From contig JAQBYN010000015.1 in the NCBI GenBank assembly GCA_027622715.1, forward strand, positions 11,745 through 75,744: a stretch of 64,000 bases of DNA. Direction: 5' to 3'. Numbering within the stretch: position 1 is the stretch's first letter; each line of letters begins with the position of its first letter. Positions 30,315-39,521 of the stretch are shown here, piece by piece. A program made the position numbers and the translations under genes. A model generated the notes under the pieces. That model was not told the origin of the DNA. It worked only from the letters and a program-made list of their open reading frames with translations, and ran no database searches. Source of the stretch: Pseudomonadota bacterium. GTDB lineage: Bacteria > Pseudomonadota > Alphaproteobacteria > SHVP01.

Positions 30315-30832
30315 AGGTTTTTGGTCTCGCCGGATACTCAGGGAGCGGCAAAACGACGTTGATGGTCCGGCTCCTGCCGCTTCTCATCGCGCACGGCATC
30401 AAAGTTTCGACAATCAAACACGCCCATCATCAATTCGACGTCGATCAACCGGGCAAAGATTCCTTTGAGCATCGGGCCGCCGGCGCGACCGAAGTGATGG
30501 TGTCATCGGCGACACGCTGGGCGCTGCTGCACGAACATCGCGGCGCGCCCGAGGCTGAACTCGGCGATCTGCTGGAACGCATGTCGCCTGTCGACCTTGT
30601 GCTGGTCGAAGGGTTCAAGCGCGACCGGCACGACAAGCTGGAAATTGTCCGCGGTGATGAGGCGACGCCGTCCCTTTGCCGAACCGATCCAAATGTCGTG
30701 GCCCTCGCCAGTGATCGGCAATGGCCGGACGCGGCCTGCCCGGTCCTGTCTCTCAACGATCCGCAAGCGATCGCAGGGTTCATCCTTCAACACTGCGATC
30801 TTCGCCAAATGCCGCTCGCCGAAGACGCCTGA
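30311..30832 (+). CDS. mobB: molybdopterin-guanine dinucleotide biosynthesis adapter protein MobB
   Basis: The ATG at 30311 overlaps the pgsA stop as ATGA. The P-loop MKVFGLAGYSGSGKTTLM is present. About 173 aa. Confidence 0.88.
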   Translation: MKVFGLAGYSGSGKTTLMVRLLPLLIAHGIKVSTIKHAHHQFDVDQPGKDSFEHRAAGATEVMVSSATRWALLHEHRGAPEAELGDLLERMSPVDLVLVEGFKRDRHDKLEIVRGDEATPSLCRTDPNVVALASDRQWPDAACPVLSLNDPQAIAGFILQHCDLRQMPLAEDA

Positions 30833-30833
30833 C

Positions 30834-32090
30834 ATGGCGCAGCTTGGCAACGATTGCTTCGCCGCCGGACAGGGCTTGATGACTGCCGCCGACGCGTTGG
30901 CATTTATCGACACCCGAATCGCGCCTGTCGCGGAAATAGAGAGCCTACCGCTTGCCCAGGCCCGTGGTCGAATATTGAGCGATGATCTTGTTGCATCGGG
31001 GAACGTCCCGCCGCATGACAACGCCGCCGTTGACGGTTTCGCGTTTCGATCCGGCGACATCAAGGACGGCGCGCCGACCCGTTTTCGGATCGCCGGCCGG
31101 GCCGCGGCGGGACATCCCGCCACGGCGCCCGCGTCGCCCGACGAGGCGATCCGAATCTTCACCGGCGCCGTGATGCCGGCGGAACTCGACACCATCGCCA
31201 TGCAGGAGGATTGCACCAGCGATGATAGCGAGGTCACGATCCCGCCGGGCCTTCGTCCCGGCGCGAACTGCCGGCAGACCGGAGAAGACATCACGTCGGG
31301 CGCGATCATCCTTCGCGCCGGTCAGATCCTGCGGCCCCAGGACATCGGACTTGCCGCGGCCGCAGGGAATGCCCTGCTGAGCGTTCGCGAGCGTCTACGA
31401 GTAGCGGTGTTTTCGACTGGCGATGAAATCGTCGAACCCGGCGCGCCGCTGCCGGCAGGTGCGATCCACGACGCCAATCGGTATACGTTGATCGCGCTGC
31501 TGGAAGGCATGGGCTGTGCGGTGCGCGACCTCGGCATTCTGCCGGATCAAAGTGCAGCGATCGCTACCGGCCTAACCAGCGCGGCAACCGACAGCGACCT
31601 GGTCGTCACCTCGGGCGGCGTCTCTGTCGGCGAAGAAGATCATGTCCGCGGCGCCGTCGAGAAGCTTGGGCGCCTTCATTTCTGGCGCCTCGCGATCCGC
31701 CCCGGGCGACCGCTCGCACTCGGCCAAATTGGGAATACCGCGTTTGTCGGCATTCCCGGCAACCCGGTCGCGGTAATGGTGACATTCCTGATGTTCGTTC
31801 GCCCCATGGTCCACCGATTGGCCGGTGCCGCGGCGACGCCACCGCGCCGTTTCCCGGTGGCCGCCAAATTCAAATGCGGCAAGAAACAAGGCCGTCGGGA
31901 ATGGGTGCGCGCGCGGCTTGACGGGACGCAAGGCGACCTGCCCGCGGCGAAGCGGTTCGAGCGCGACGGCGCCGGCATTCTTTCATCGATGGTCGAGTCC
32001 GACGGTCTGATTGAACTGGCCGAAGACATTACCCACGTAAGTCCAGGCGATGTCCTGCCGTTTATCCCCTACAGCGAGTTGCTGTCTTGA
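30834..32090 (+). CDS. moeA: molybdopterin molybdotransferase MoeA
   Basis: The ATG at 30834 gives MAQLGNDCFAAGQGLMTAADALAFID. The MoeA N-terminal and linker domains, a MoCF_biosynth domain and a MoeA C-terminal domain are present. Confidence 0.88.
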   Translation: MAQLGNDCFAAGQGLMTAADALAFIDTRIAPVAEIESLPLAQARGRILSDDLVASGNVPPHDNAAVDGFAFRSGDIKDGAPTRFRIAGRAAAGHPATAPASPDEAIRIFTGAVMPAELDTIAMQEDCTSDDSEVTIPPGLRPGANCRQTGEDITSGAIILRAGQILRPQDIGLAAAAGNALLSVRERLRVAVFSTGDEIVEPGAPLPAGAIHDANRYTLIALLEGMGCAVRDLGILPDQSAAIATGLTSAATDSDLVVTSGGVSVGEEDHVRGAVEKLGRLHFWRLAIRPGRPLALGQIGNTAFVGIPGNPVAVMVTFLMFVRPMVHRLAGAAATPPRRFPVAAKFKCGKKQGRREWVRARLDGTQGDLPAAKRFERDGAGILSSMVESDGLIELAEDITHVSPGDVLPFIPYSELLS

Positions 32091-32338
32091 AGGTGCTCTA
32101 TTTCGCATGGCTGCGGCAGCGTGTTGGCGTCGCCGAGGAGACGGTCGACCTGCCCGACGACGTGACGACCGTTGGCGCTATGCTGGCCTGGCTGCGCGAG
32201 CGCAGTGACGCGCATGCGACAGCCCTGGCGGATCTCTCCGTGGTTCGCGTCGCCGTAAACCAGGACTACGCGCGGGACGGTGACCCCGTGGCGAACGGCG
32301 ATGAGGTCGCCCTGTTCCCACCGGTGACGGGGGGCTGA
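32087..32338 (+). CDS. moaD: molybdopterin synthase sulfur-carrier subunit MoaD
   Basis: 83 aa ending in the diagnostic GG (…FPPVTGG). It uses a TTG or GTG start that overlaps the moeA stop. Confidence 0.8.
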   Translation: MKVLYFAWLRQRVGVAEETVDLPDDVTTVGAMLAWLRERSDAHATALADLSVVRVAVNQDYARDGDPVANGDEVALFPPVTGG

Positions 32339-32339
32339 C

Positions 32340-32801
32340 ATGATTCGGGTTCAGCGCGAGGACTTCGACATCGGCGCCGAACTCGAGGCGCTGACCGCTG
32401 GCAACCATCGCATCGGCGGGATCGCGACGTTCGTTGGGACAGTGCGCGATATTGCCGATGGCCGGCCAATTTCGACCATGACCTTGGAACACTATCCGGG
32501 CATGACGGAAAAGCAGCTCGGCGCAATCGAACAGGAGGCGCGGCAACGCTGGGACCTGGAGTCTTGCCTGATCATTCACCGCTACGGCCGTCTTGAGCCC
32601 GGCGAGCGTATCGTGATGGTGGCGACGACGTCAGCCCATCGCGCAGCTGCGCTAGAATCCTGCGCCTTTCTGATCGACTGGCTTAAGACCAAGGCGCCGT
32701 TCTGGAAACTGGAAGAGACCGACGGTGGTGCACAGTGGGTCGATGCGCACCCCACCGACGAAGACGCCGCGGCGCGCTGGTCCGATCCGTCGAAATCGTA
32801 A
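32340..32801 (+). CDS. moaE: molybdopterin synthase catalytic subunit MoaE
   Basis: 153 aa. It starts 2 nt after the moaD stop and has a MoaE fold (RIGGIATFVGTVRD…HRYGRLEPGE). Confidence 0.88.
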   Translation: MIRVQREDFDIGAELEALTAGNHRIGGIATFVGTVRDIADGRPISTMTLEHYPGMTEKQLGAIEQEARQRWDLESCLIIHRYGRLEPGERIVMVATTSAHRAAALESCAFLIDWLKTKAPFWKLEETDGGAQWVDAHPTDEDAAARWSDPSKS

Positions 32802-32817
32802 CGCCGCCGCGACGCTG

Positions 32818-32858
32818 AGAAAAACGGCCGGGCGCTGGGCCCGGCCGTGGTCATTTTT
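32818..32858. terminator. bidirectional rho-independent terminator (GGCCGGGC-GCTG-GCCCGGCC flanked by A5 and T5) between convergent moaE and ilvE
   Basis: An 8-bp GC stem seen at 32826-32846. On the minus strand it is followed directly by GTTTTTCTC. On the plus strand a T5 run follows after 6 nt. Confidence 0.7.
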
Positions 32859-32872
32859 CGGCTGCGCAGCGT

Positions 32873-33775
32873 CTATTCGGCGGCAACGGCGTCGTTCAAT
32901 GGCCTGCCCCGAACGGTATTTTCGTAATCCGCCATCAGCGTTTGGGTAATCGCCCCCACCGTGAAGATGTGATCGTCGATCGAGCCGACCGGGGTAACTT
33001 CGGCGGCGGTGCCGGTCAGGAATACTTCGGCGGTTTTGCTTAACTCCTCCGGCCCAATGGTGCGCTCGACCACTTGATAGCCGCGCGCCTTGGCCAGCGC
33101 GATGACCGTCTGCCGGGTGATCCCGTCGAGGAAATGGTCGGGCGACGGCGTATGTAGAACGCCGTCTTGAACGAGAAAGATATTTGCCCCCGTCGACTCG
33201 GCAATGTTGCCCCGCCAATCGAGCATGAGCGCATCGTCGTATCCTTCGCGCTCAACCTCATGCTTGGACATCGTACAGATCATGTACAGGCCCGCGGCTT
33301 TGCTTTTGCAGGGCGCCGTGTCGGGTGCCGGCCGCCGCCACCGTGCTGTTTTGAGACGAATGCCCTTGAGGCGTTGCGCCGGATCGAAATAGGACGGCCA
33401 CTCCCACCCGGCGATGGCGACATGGATTTTGGTTTGCTGTGCGGAGACACCCATCATCTCGGAGCCGCGCCACGCGATCGGCCGCAAATACCCGTCGCGA
33501 AAGCCGAGCGCTTGGACAACGTCGCGGCAGGCTTGATCGATGGCGGCGACCGAATACGGCACCTCAAAGCCAAGAATCTTTGCCGAGCCATGCAGGCGTT
33601 CGGTATGCGCCGTCAGCTTGAAGATTTCGCCTTCGTAGACTCGTTCGCCTTCGAAGACCGCGCTAGCATAGTGGAGCGCATGGGTCAGCACGTGTACCGT
33701 TGCGTCGCGCCAGGGAACCAGCGCGCCGTCTAGCCAAATAACACCGTCACGATCATCGAATGGAATAAGAGACAT
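32873..33775 (-). CDS. ilvE: branched-chain-amino-acid aminotransferase
   Basis: 300 aa, PLP fold type IV. The N-terminus WLDGALVPWRDATVHVLTHALHYASAVFEGERVY is present. Confidence 0.92.
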   Translation of the reverse strand: MSLIPFDDRDGVIWLDGALVPWRDATVHVLTHALHYASAVFEGERVYEGEIFKLTAHTERLHGSAKILGFEVPYSVAAIDQACRDVVQALGFRDGYLRPIAWRGSEMMGVSAQQTKIHVAIAGWEWPSYFDPAQRLKGIRLKTARWRRPAPDTAPCKSKAAGLYMICTMSKHEVEREGYDDALMLDWRGNIAESTGANIFLVQDGVLHTPSPDHFLDGITRQTVIALAKARGYQVVERTIGPEELSKTAEVFLTGTAAEVTPVGSIDDHIFTVGAITQTLMADYENTVRGRPLNDAVAAE

Positions 33776-33851
33776 GGCGCCACCGTCAGATGATTAGTTA
33801 TATGACCCTTTCAGGCTCTTTCTTGTAACAATGTAAGCCAGATATGTCAAC

Positions 33852-34346
33852 ATGGCTGACGTAAAATCTTCTATAAACCCACTTTTCCTGCGCGAGGAGG
33901 AGCTCCGACAAGGGATCGAGCTCCTTTTCTACGCCTACCGGGACTTTACCGGTGAACCCGACTCTATCCTCGCGGAATACGGCTTTGGGCGGGCGCACCA
34001 CCGGGCGATCCACTTCATCGACCGCGATCCCGGGATGACCGTCGCGGCGCTGTTGGCGATCTTGCGGATCACCAAACAAAGCCTGAGCCGTGTCCTCGGC
34101 CAGCTGGTGGACGAAGGCTATGTCGAACAGCGCAAGGGCGTCCGCGACCGGCGTCAGCGCCTGCTCTATTTGACCGAAAAGGGCCGCGAACTGGAACGCC
34201 GCGTCTCCGAGCCGCAGCGCGCCCGGGTTGCCCAAGCTTACCGCGAGGCGGGCGCCGAGGCGGTTGAAGCCTACCGAAAGGTCCTTCTCGGCCTGATCAA
34301 TGCGGCGGACCGCGCGGCGGTCCTTCGGTCGATTCAGAAAGGCTGA
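33852..34346 (+). CDS. MarR family transcriptional regulator
   Basis: 164 aa. A winged HTH is present (LLAILRITKQSLSRVLGQLVDEGYVEQRKGVRDRRQRLLYLTEKG). Confidence 0.85.
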   Translation: MADVKSSINPLFLREEELRQGIELLFYAYRDFTGEPDSILAEYGFGRAHHRAIHFIDRDPGMTVAALLAILRITKQSLSRVLGQLVDEGYVEQRKGVRDRRQRLLYLTEKGRELERRVSEPQRARVAQAYREAGAEAVEAYRKVLLGLINAADRAAVLRSIQKG

Positions 34347-34347
34347 C

Positions 34348-35031
34348 ATGAATGACGAGGAGGCGGTCCGCCATCTTCTCGTCGTCGACGACGACCGGCG
34401 GATCCGCGAGTTGCTGCAAAAATTCCTAATTGAGCACGGCTATCACGTAACGACAGCGTCCGACGCCCAGGAAGCCCGCCAGCGCATGACCGGGTTCGAG
34501 TTCGACCTACTGATCGTCGACATCATGATGCCGGGTGAAGACGGCCTAACGCTCACCAAGCAATTGCGTACAAAAACCGACGTCCCCATTCTTGTTTTGA
34601 CGGCGCGGGGGGAGCCGGAAGATCGCATCGCCGGATTTGAGTCCGGTGCCGATGATTACCTGGCCAAGCCGTTTGAACCCAGAGAATTGCTGTTGCGGGT
34701 GGCGTCGATTCTGCGGCGCGCCGCAGGGCCGCTTCCGGCAGTCGCCGGGTTGTCGCTGGGACGTTTTTACTTCGACCTCAAACGCAACGAGTTGCGTAGC
34801 GGTGATAAGCCAGTACGCCTGACGTCGACCGAAACCGGCCTCCTAAAAATATTCGCGGCGCAACCAGGTCGCACCATTTCGCGCTACGTGTTGTGCGACA
34901 CCCTGGGGGTTAGCGATCGAACAGTTGACGTCCAAGTCACCCGCCTACGGCGCAAGATCGAAGATGATCCGCGGGTGCCCCGCTACCTTCAGACCGTTTG
35001 GGGTGAGGGTTATGTTCTGCGCCCGGACTGA
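34348..35031 (+). CDS. OmpR-family response regulator (ChvI-like)
   Basis: The ATG at 34348 lies 2 nt after the MarR stop. The receiver has HLLVVDDD, the phospho-acceptor in LLIVDIMMPGEDG, and KPF. The C-terminal winged helix has VQVTRLRRKIEDDP. Confidence 0.9.
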   Translation: MNDEEAVRHLLVVDDDRRIRELLQKFLIEHGYHVTTASDAQEARQRMTGFEFDLLIVDIMMPGEDGLTLTKQLRTKTDVPILVLTARGEPEDRIAGFESGADDYLAKPFEPRELLLRVASILRRAAGPLPAVAGLSLGRFYFDLKRNELRSGDKPVRLTSTETGLLKIFAAQPGRTISRYVLCDTLGVSDRTVDVQVTRLRRKIEDDPRVPRYLQTVWGEGYVLRPD

Positions 35032-35037
35032 ACCGAT

Positions 35038-36375
35038 GTGCCCATGCTGAAACGGATGCTGCCCAAGACGTTGCTCGGGCGATCAATTGCCATCGTCGTC
35101 GCGCCAGTGGTGTTCCTTCAGATCATCCTGGCGATCGTGTTCTTCGACAATCACTGGGATTCGGTCACGCGCCGATTATCGCTCGGCATCGCCGGCGATA
35201 TTTCGATGGTGATCCGGCTACTCGACGGCGCCAATGAAGCCAAGAAGGCAGAGGTTCTGGGCCTCGCCCGCACCTACCTTGATCTGGACGCGGCGGTGAT
35301 ACCGCAAGAGGTTCTGCCGCCCTCGATCACCCGCAATCAGCCGGTATTCAACATTCCAGATCGCATGCTGCACCGCGCGCTCGGCGAGCGCTTGTTTCGC
35401 CCCTACGCGATCGATACCGCCAACTTCGGCGATCGCGTTCAGATTCTGGTGCAATTGCCCGAGGGCGTCTTGCGTATCCTAACCTCGCGCAAACGGCTCG
35501 ATAGCACGACCACGACGATTTTCGTGCTGTGGATGGTCGGGTCGTCTTTGATCCTTCTAGGCATCGCGATCGTCTTCTTGCGCAACCAGATGCGCCCTAT
35601 CTACCGGCTCGCTGATATGGCGGATGCCCTAGGAAAGGGGCGCGAAGTTGCCGATGTGCGCCCCTCGGGAGCGACCGAAATTCGGTTGGCAACGCGCGCC
35701 TTCATGGCGATGCGCGACAGGTTGCGCCGCAGCGTCGAACAGCGAACCGAGATGCTGGCCGGGGTGTCCCACGATCTGCGAACCCCGCTAACGCGCGTCA
35801 AATTGGAACTCGCGCTGGTCGGCAACCAAATCGATGTGTCGAACATTGAATCCGACATCCGCTCCATGGAACAAATGATCGAGGAGTATCTGTCATTTGC
35901 GCGCGGCCAGGACGTCGAGCGTCCGGTCAATACGGACATCGCGGCGCTGCTGCGTGAAGTGACCGATGAGGCGCATCGGCAGGGCCACAGCGTCGCGCTC
36001 CACACCGGCGACAATTTGGCAATCCCGATTCGGCCCAACGCATTTAAGCGCTGCCTCACCAACCTCATCGAGAATGCGATGCACTATGCCGTTTCCGGAA
36101 CCGACGCGCCGCCGCGCGTCGAGATTGCCGCCATCCGTCACCCGGCATTCGTCGAGATCACGGTCGACGATAGCGGGCCTGGGATCGCGGCGGAATATCG
36201 CGACGAAGCGTTTAAAGCCTTCAGCCGCCTGGATTCTGCGCGCCGCTCCGACACCGCCGGGGTCGGCCTTGGTCTGACCATCGCGCGCGATGTCGCCCGC
36301 AGTCACGGCGGCGATCTCACGCTCCACGACTCGCCCTTGGGCGGCTTGCGGGCGTTGATCCGGTTGCCGGTCTAA
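35038..36375 (+). CDS. sensor histidine kinase (ChvG/EnvZ-like: 2 TM, HAMP, HisKA, HATPase)
   Basis: 445 aa. The H-box AGVSHDLRTPLTRV is present. The N-box IENAMHYA is present. G-boxes DDSGPGI and GVGLGLTIA are present. It lies 7 nt after the response-regulator stop. Confidence 0.9.
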   Translation: MPMLKRMLPKTLLGRSIAIVVAPVVFLQIILAIVFFDNHWDSVTRRLSLGIAGDISMVIRLLDGANEAKKAEVLGLARTYLDLDAAVIPQEVLPPSITRNQPVFNIPDRMLHRALGERLFRPYAIDTANFGDRVQILVQLPEGVLRILTSRKRLDSTTTTIFVLWMVGSSLILLGIAIVFLRNQMRPIYRLADMADALGKGREVADVRPSGATEIRLATRAFMAMRDRLRRSVEQRTEMLAGVSHDLRTPLTRVKLELALVGNQIDVSNIESDIRSMEQMIEEYLSFARGQDVERPVNTDIAALLREVTDEAHRQGHSVALHTGDNLAIPIRPNAFKRCLTNLIENAMHYAVSGTDAPPRVEIAAIRHPAFVEITVDDSGPGIAAEYRDEAFKAFSRLDSARRSDTAGVGLGLTIARDVARSHGGDLTLHDSPLGGLRALIRLPV

Positions 36376-36379
36376 CGCC

Positions 36380-36733
36380 CTAGAAGAGTCGCCCGCCGTC
36401 GGGCACTGCCAGGTCGACGCCGACCAAACAGATGGCGCCACCGGCATCGGGAAAGCCGAGGACCAAGACCTCCGAACGAACCGGGCCGATTTGACGCAGT
36501 GGGAAGTTGACGACCGCCGCCACTTGGCGGCCGACTAACGCTTCTGGCTGGTAGTGAACCGTAATTTGGGCGGAGGATCGCTTGATCCCAACGTCAGGTC
36601 CAAAGTCGATCTGAAGTTTGTAGGCTGGCTTTCGCGCTTCGGGAAACGCTTCGGCAGAAATGATCGTCCCCACGCGAATGTCGACCTTGAGAAAATCTTC
36701 GATGCCGATCAGCGATGCTGGCGGAGCGCCCAC
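36380..36733 (-). CDS. tRNA-binding protein (CsaA/YgjH-like OB-fold)
   Basis: The C-terminal 115 aa match the CsaA/Trbp111 fold ([20 protein letters not shown]…[17 protein letters not shown]…SEVLVLG). A GTG start near 36733 is inferred. The long upstream in-frame extension overlaps proC and is rejected. Confidence 0.65.
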   Translation of the reverse strand: MGAPPASLIGIEDFLKVDIRVGTIISAEAFPEARKPAYKLQIDFGPDVGIKRSSAQITVHYQPEALVGRQVAAVVNFPLRQIGPVRSEVLVLGFPDAGGAICLVGVDLAVPDGGRLF

Positions 36734-36738
36734 GACGT

Positions 36739-37560
36739 TCAGTCGGCAAGTTCGCGCGACCGCGCGGCAGCAGCCAGAACCGCCCGTGTCATCACGTCCT
36801 GCAGGCCATGGTCGCCCATCAAAACCGACAGGGCCGCGGCCGTCGTGCCCCCGGGGCTGGCAACGTTTTGGCGGAGCGTGGCTGGGCTTGAGCCATCTTC
36901 TCGGCTGAGTGCCGCGGCGCCCTCGACCGTTTCGCGCGCAAGGCGTTCGGCGAGTGCGATGGGCAGGCCCGCGGCCACACCCGCGGCCGCGAGGCATTCG
37001 ATCATGTAAAAGACATAGGCCGGGCCGCTGCCAGAGACCGCCGTGACGGCGTCCATCAACCCCTCGTCGGCGGTCCATGTGACCCCGCCGACCGCGGTCA
37101 TCAGCGTTTCGGCCAGCGCCCGGTCCGCCGCCGTCGCGGCGTCATTGGCACACAGGACCGTTATCCCCCGCCCGATGGCCGCTGGTGTGTTGGGCATGGC
37201 GCGAACAACCGACGCCTCGGGCGTTAGATGGGCGGCGAAAAAGGCGAGCGGCTTGCCCGCGGCGATCGACAAAAATGTCGTCGCAGGTGCGACAAAACGA
37301 CGGTAGGCGGGAACGACCTCGGCCATAACTTGGGGCTTAACCGCAAAGATGACGATGCGCGGCACAAAATTTTGCTCGGTCGCGCTGAGGTCGCCTAGAA
37401 CCCGGACGCCCCGATCCCGCGCGCTGGCGCCGGTCGCGGCTGTCGGTTCGATGACCACCACGTTGGTCGGCGCGACACCGTGGCCTATCCAGCCGTTGAG
37501 CAAGGCGTCGCCCATTTTGCCGCAACCGACGAGAAGGATGGGACCGTCGCGCACGTCCAT
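36739..37560 (-). CDS. proC: pyrroline-5-carboxylate reductase
   Basis: 273 aa. The NADP Rossmann motif [17 protein letters not shown] is present. A P5CR dimerisation domain is present ([14 protein letters not shown]). Confidence 0.92.
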   Translation of the reverse strand: MDVRDGPILLVGCGKMGDALLNGWIGHGVAPTNVVVIEPTAATGASARDRGVRVLGDLSATEQNFVPRIVIFAVKPQVMAEVVPAYRRFVAPATTFLSIAAGKPLAFFAAHLTPEASVVRAMPNTPAAIGRGITVLCANDAATAADRALAETLMTAVGGVTWTADEGLMDAVTAVSGSGPAYVFYMIECLAAAGVAAGLPIALAERLARETVEGAAALSREDGSSPATLRQNVASPGGTTAAALSVLMGDHGLQDVMTRAVLAAAARSRELAD

Positions 37561-37571
37561 GTCGGCGCGGT

Positions 37572-38075
37572 TCAGGCTTCGCCTTCGGTCTCGAGCATCG
37601 CCGCGGCAATTGCCTCGTTCGGTCCTTTACCGCCCCACAAAACAAACTGGATGGCGGGGTAAAAGCGTTCGGATTCCCGCAGGCCGACCTCGACGACATC
37701 TTCGAGTTGGGCGCTGGTCGCTTCCGCGCCGCCGGAAAAAACCAAAGCGTGACGGAACATCAACAAGCCTTCATGCGCCCAAAGATCGAAATGGCCGAGC
37801 CAGAGCTTCTCGTTCATCAGCGCCATGAGAGAGTGCACTGCGACGACCTTTTCCTTAGGCACCTTGAGATCGAAGGCACACGAGAACTGGAGCGCCTCGT
37901 GTTCTTGACGCCAGGCAAACCACAAATGGTAGCGGGTCCAACTTCCCTCGACACCGACGTTGAGTTCGTCGTCGGCATGGCGGTCGAATGGCCACTCGTT
38001 GGCGGTGACGATTTGCTCGATGATATCGAGGGGATTGCCGGGGGTTATCACGTCGCTAGCGGTCAACAAAGGCAT
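37572..38075 (-). CDS. YbjN domain-containing protein (putative bacterial sensory transduction regulator fold)
   Basis: 167 aa and acidic. Internal repeats of the YbjN type are present. The gene sits immediately upstream of proC. Confidence 0.6.
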   Translation of the reverse strand: MPLLTASDVITPGNPLDIIEQIVTANEWPFDRHADDELNVGVEGSWTRYHLWFAWRQEHEALQFSCAFDLKVPKEKVVAVHSLMALMNEKLWLGHFDLWAHEGLLMFRHALVFSGGAEATSAQLEDVVEVGLRESERFYPAIQFVLWGGKGPNEAIAAAMLETEGEA

Positions 38076-38417
38076 TCGCGGCTCCCCCGCATCAGCTTAT
38101 GTCCTAGGATCCGCCCCTGCTGCGGCTGAGCAACAATGTTTCGCCCCGAGGCTCCCAATCGCACGATCTAGTGTCTTTCCCAATCGGCAACCCAAGATGT
38201 ATGCCAAAGCCGTGGACTCCGCGTCAAGCCACCATTCCGAGATTCTCGTTTTGAATCAACAGGCTGCACCCCATTGCTCGACTCGTCCTAAAAACAGTTT
38301 TGCGAGTCGGTTCAATGCGTTAGCTATTCCGAGTCACATGAACGTGGCTCTGGCCCGCCTTTTTTATCCACAACTTTTTTGCCAGGATGCCCGTCGTCAG
38401 TCGGAGGACCAATCCAC

Positions 38418-39053
38418 GTGGCCAAAAAGCATAAGAAAAGAACGAAGAGCACGCCGTCCCATCAATCGAAAACGGGGGGTGCGACGCGACGCCGGTCGCG
38501 CGGGCGTTTCCTCAAGCTCAAGACGTGGGAATTAGGTGTCTTGGCAGTCATCGCCGGGTTGGTCATTTGGGCCGTCGCGACAGAATTTTCCGGCGGCGTC
38601 GATGAAACAGCGTTTCTGCGCCTCGCCGCGCAAGGTCGGGAGCGGTTGAGCGACGTCGTTTCAGTGGCCGACGCCGGCAACGCGCATATCCCCGACGCGA
38701 CGTATGCCAGCGACTATCCGACCACTGGGCCGCACAACCCCAATCCATTGAGCCCTGGTTTTTATTCGAGCGAACAGCGCCCGGACCGGCTGGTCCACTC
38801 ACTCGAACACGGCATGATCGTGATCTACTACGACGAACCCGGCGACGACATCGCCGATCAGTTACGCGATTGGGCCGCACTGTATCGGGGCCCGTGGAGT
38901 GGCGTCATTGTCACCAAGAAGAAGGGGCAGGGTCCAGAGATCGTTCTCGCGGCCTGGCGCAACCTGTTGCGTTTGCCGACGTTCGAGCCAACCGGCGCCG
39001 CAGCATTCGTTGATCGATTCCGCGGGCGCGGACCGGAAAACCCCGTTCGCTAG
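38418..39053 (+). CDS. DUF3105 domain-containing membrane-anchored protein
   Basis: A GTG at 38418 is preceded by GGAGGA 9 nt upstream. The N-tail is lysine/arginine-rich. One TM helix is present (LGVLAVIAGLVIWAV). The DUF3105 core is present (HSLEHGMIVIYYD…IVLAAW). Confidence 0.6.
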   Translation: MAKKHKKRTKSTPSHQSKTGGATRRRSRGRFLKLKTWELGVLAVIAGLVIWAVATEFSGGVDETAFLRLAAQGRERLSDVVSVADAGNAHIPDATYASDYPTTGPHNPNPLSPGFYSSEQRPDRLVHSLEHGMIVIYYDEPGDDIADQLRDWAALYRGPWSGVIVTKKKGQGPEIVLAAWRNLLRLPTFEPTGAAAFVDRFRGRGPENPVR

Positions 39054-39059
39054 ACGCTG

Positions 39060-39362
39060 CTAGGTCGCGGGTTTATCGATCACAGGCTTTGCGACTGCCG
39101 CGGGTTTCTTCGCGGTCGCCTTTAGCGCTGCCTCAAGCGCCGTCACCCGCGTGGCCAGTACTTCATTCTGTTCGCGCGCCTTTTGCGCCATTGCCTGGAC
39201 AACCTCGAACTCTTCACGAGTCACCAGCTCCATGTCCGCTAGCCACCGCTGGAACTGGTCTTTGACTTTCGCTTCGATTTCTTCCCGAACACCGCCGACC
39301 GCGCTCAACGCGCCGCCGGCGACCCGGGCAATATCGTCAAAGATGGGATTGTTTGATGCCAT
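39060..39362 (-). CDS. ubiK: UbiK/YqiC (BMFP) family accessory factor
   Basis: 100 aa. The N-terminus is of the MxxNNPIFDDIARVAGGALS type, followed by a coiled-coil. Confidence 0.75.
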   Translation of the reverse strand: MASNNPIFDDIARVAGGALSAVGGVREEIEAKVKDQFQRWLADMELVTREEFEVVQAMAQKAREQNEVLATRVTALEAALKATAKKPAAVAKPVIDKPAT

Positions 39363-39521
39363 GGGTTCCTCCGCGTTGTCGAGCGACTATAGGACCGCGC
39401 AACCGAACGGTGAAGCCGCCGGGTTTTCACCCCAGCGTGACGCGTCTCGACTTGGTTTAACCCCGGTGTTTGCCTATTTTCACGACACCCTGACAACCGC
39501 TGGCCAGCAAAGTGAGCGCCG

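Noticed and set aside
36734-37078. 232-aa version of the CsaA-like ORF (36380..37078-)
   Set aside because: The extension overlaps proC on the same strand in another frame and is Gly-, Arg- and Pro-rich. Only the C-terminal OB-fold portion is credible.
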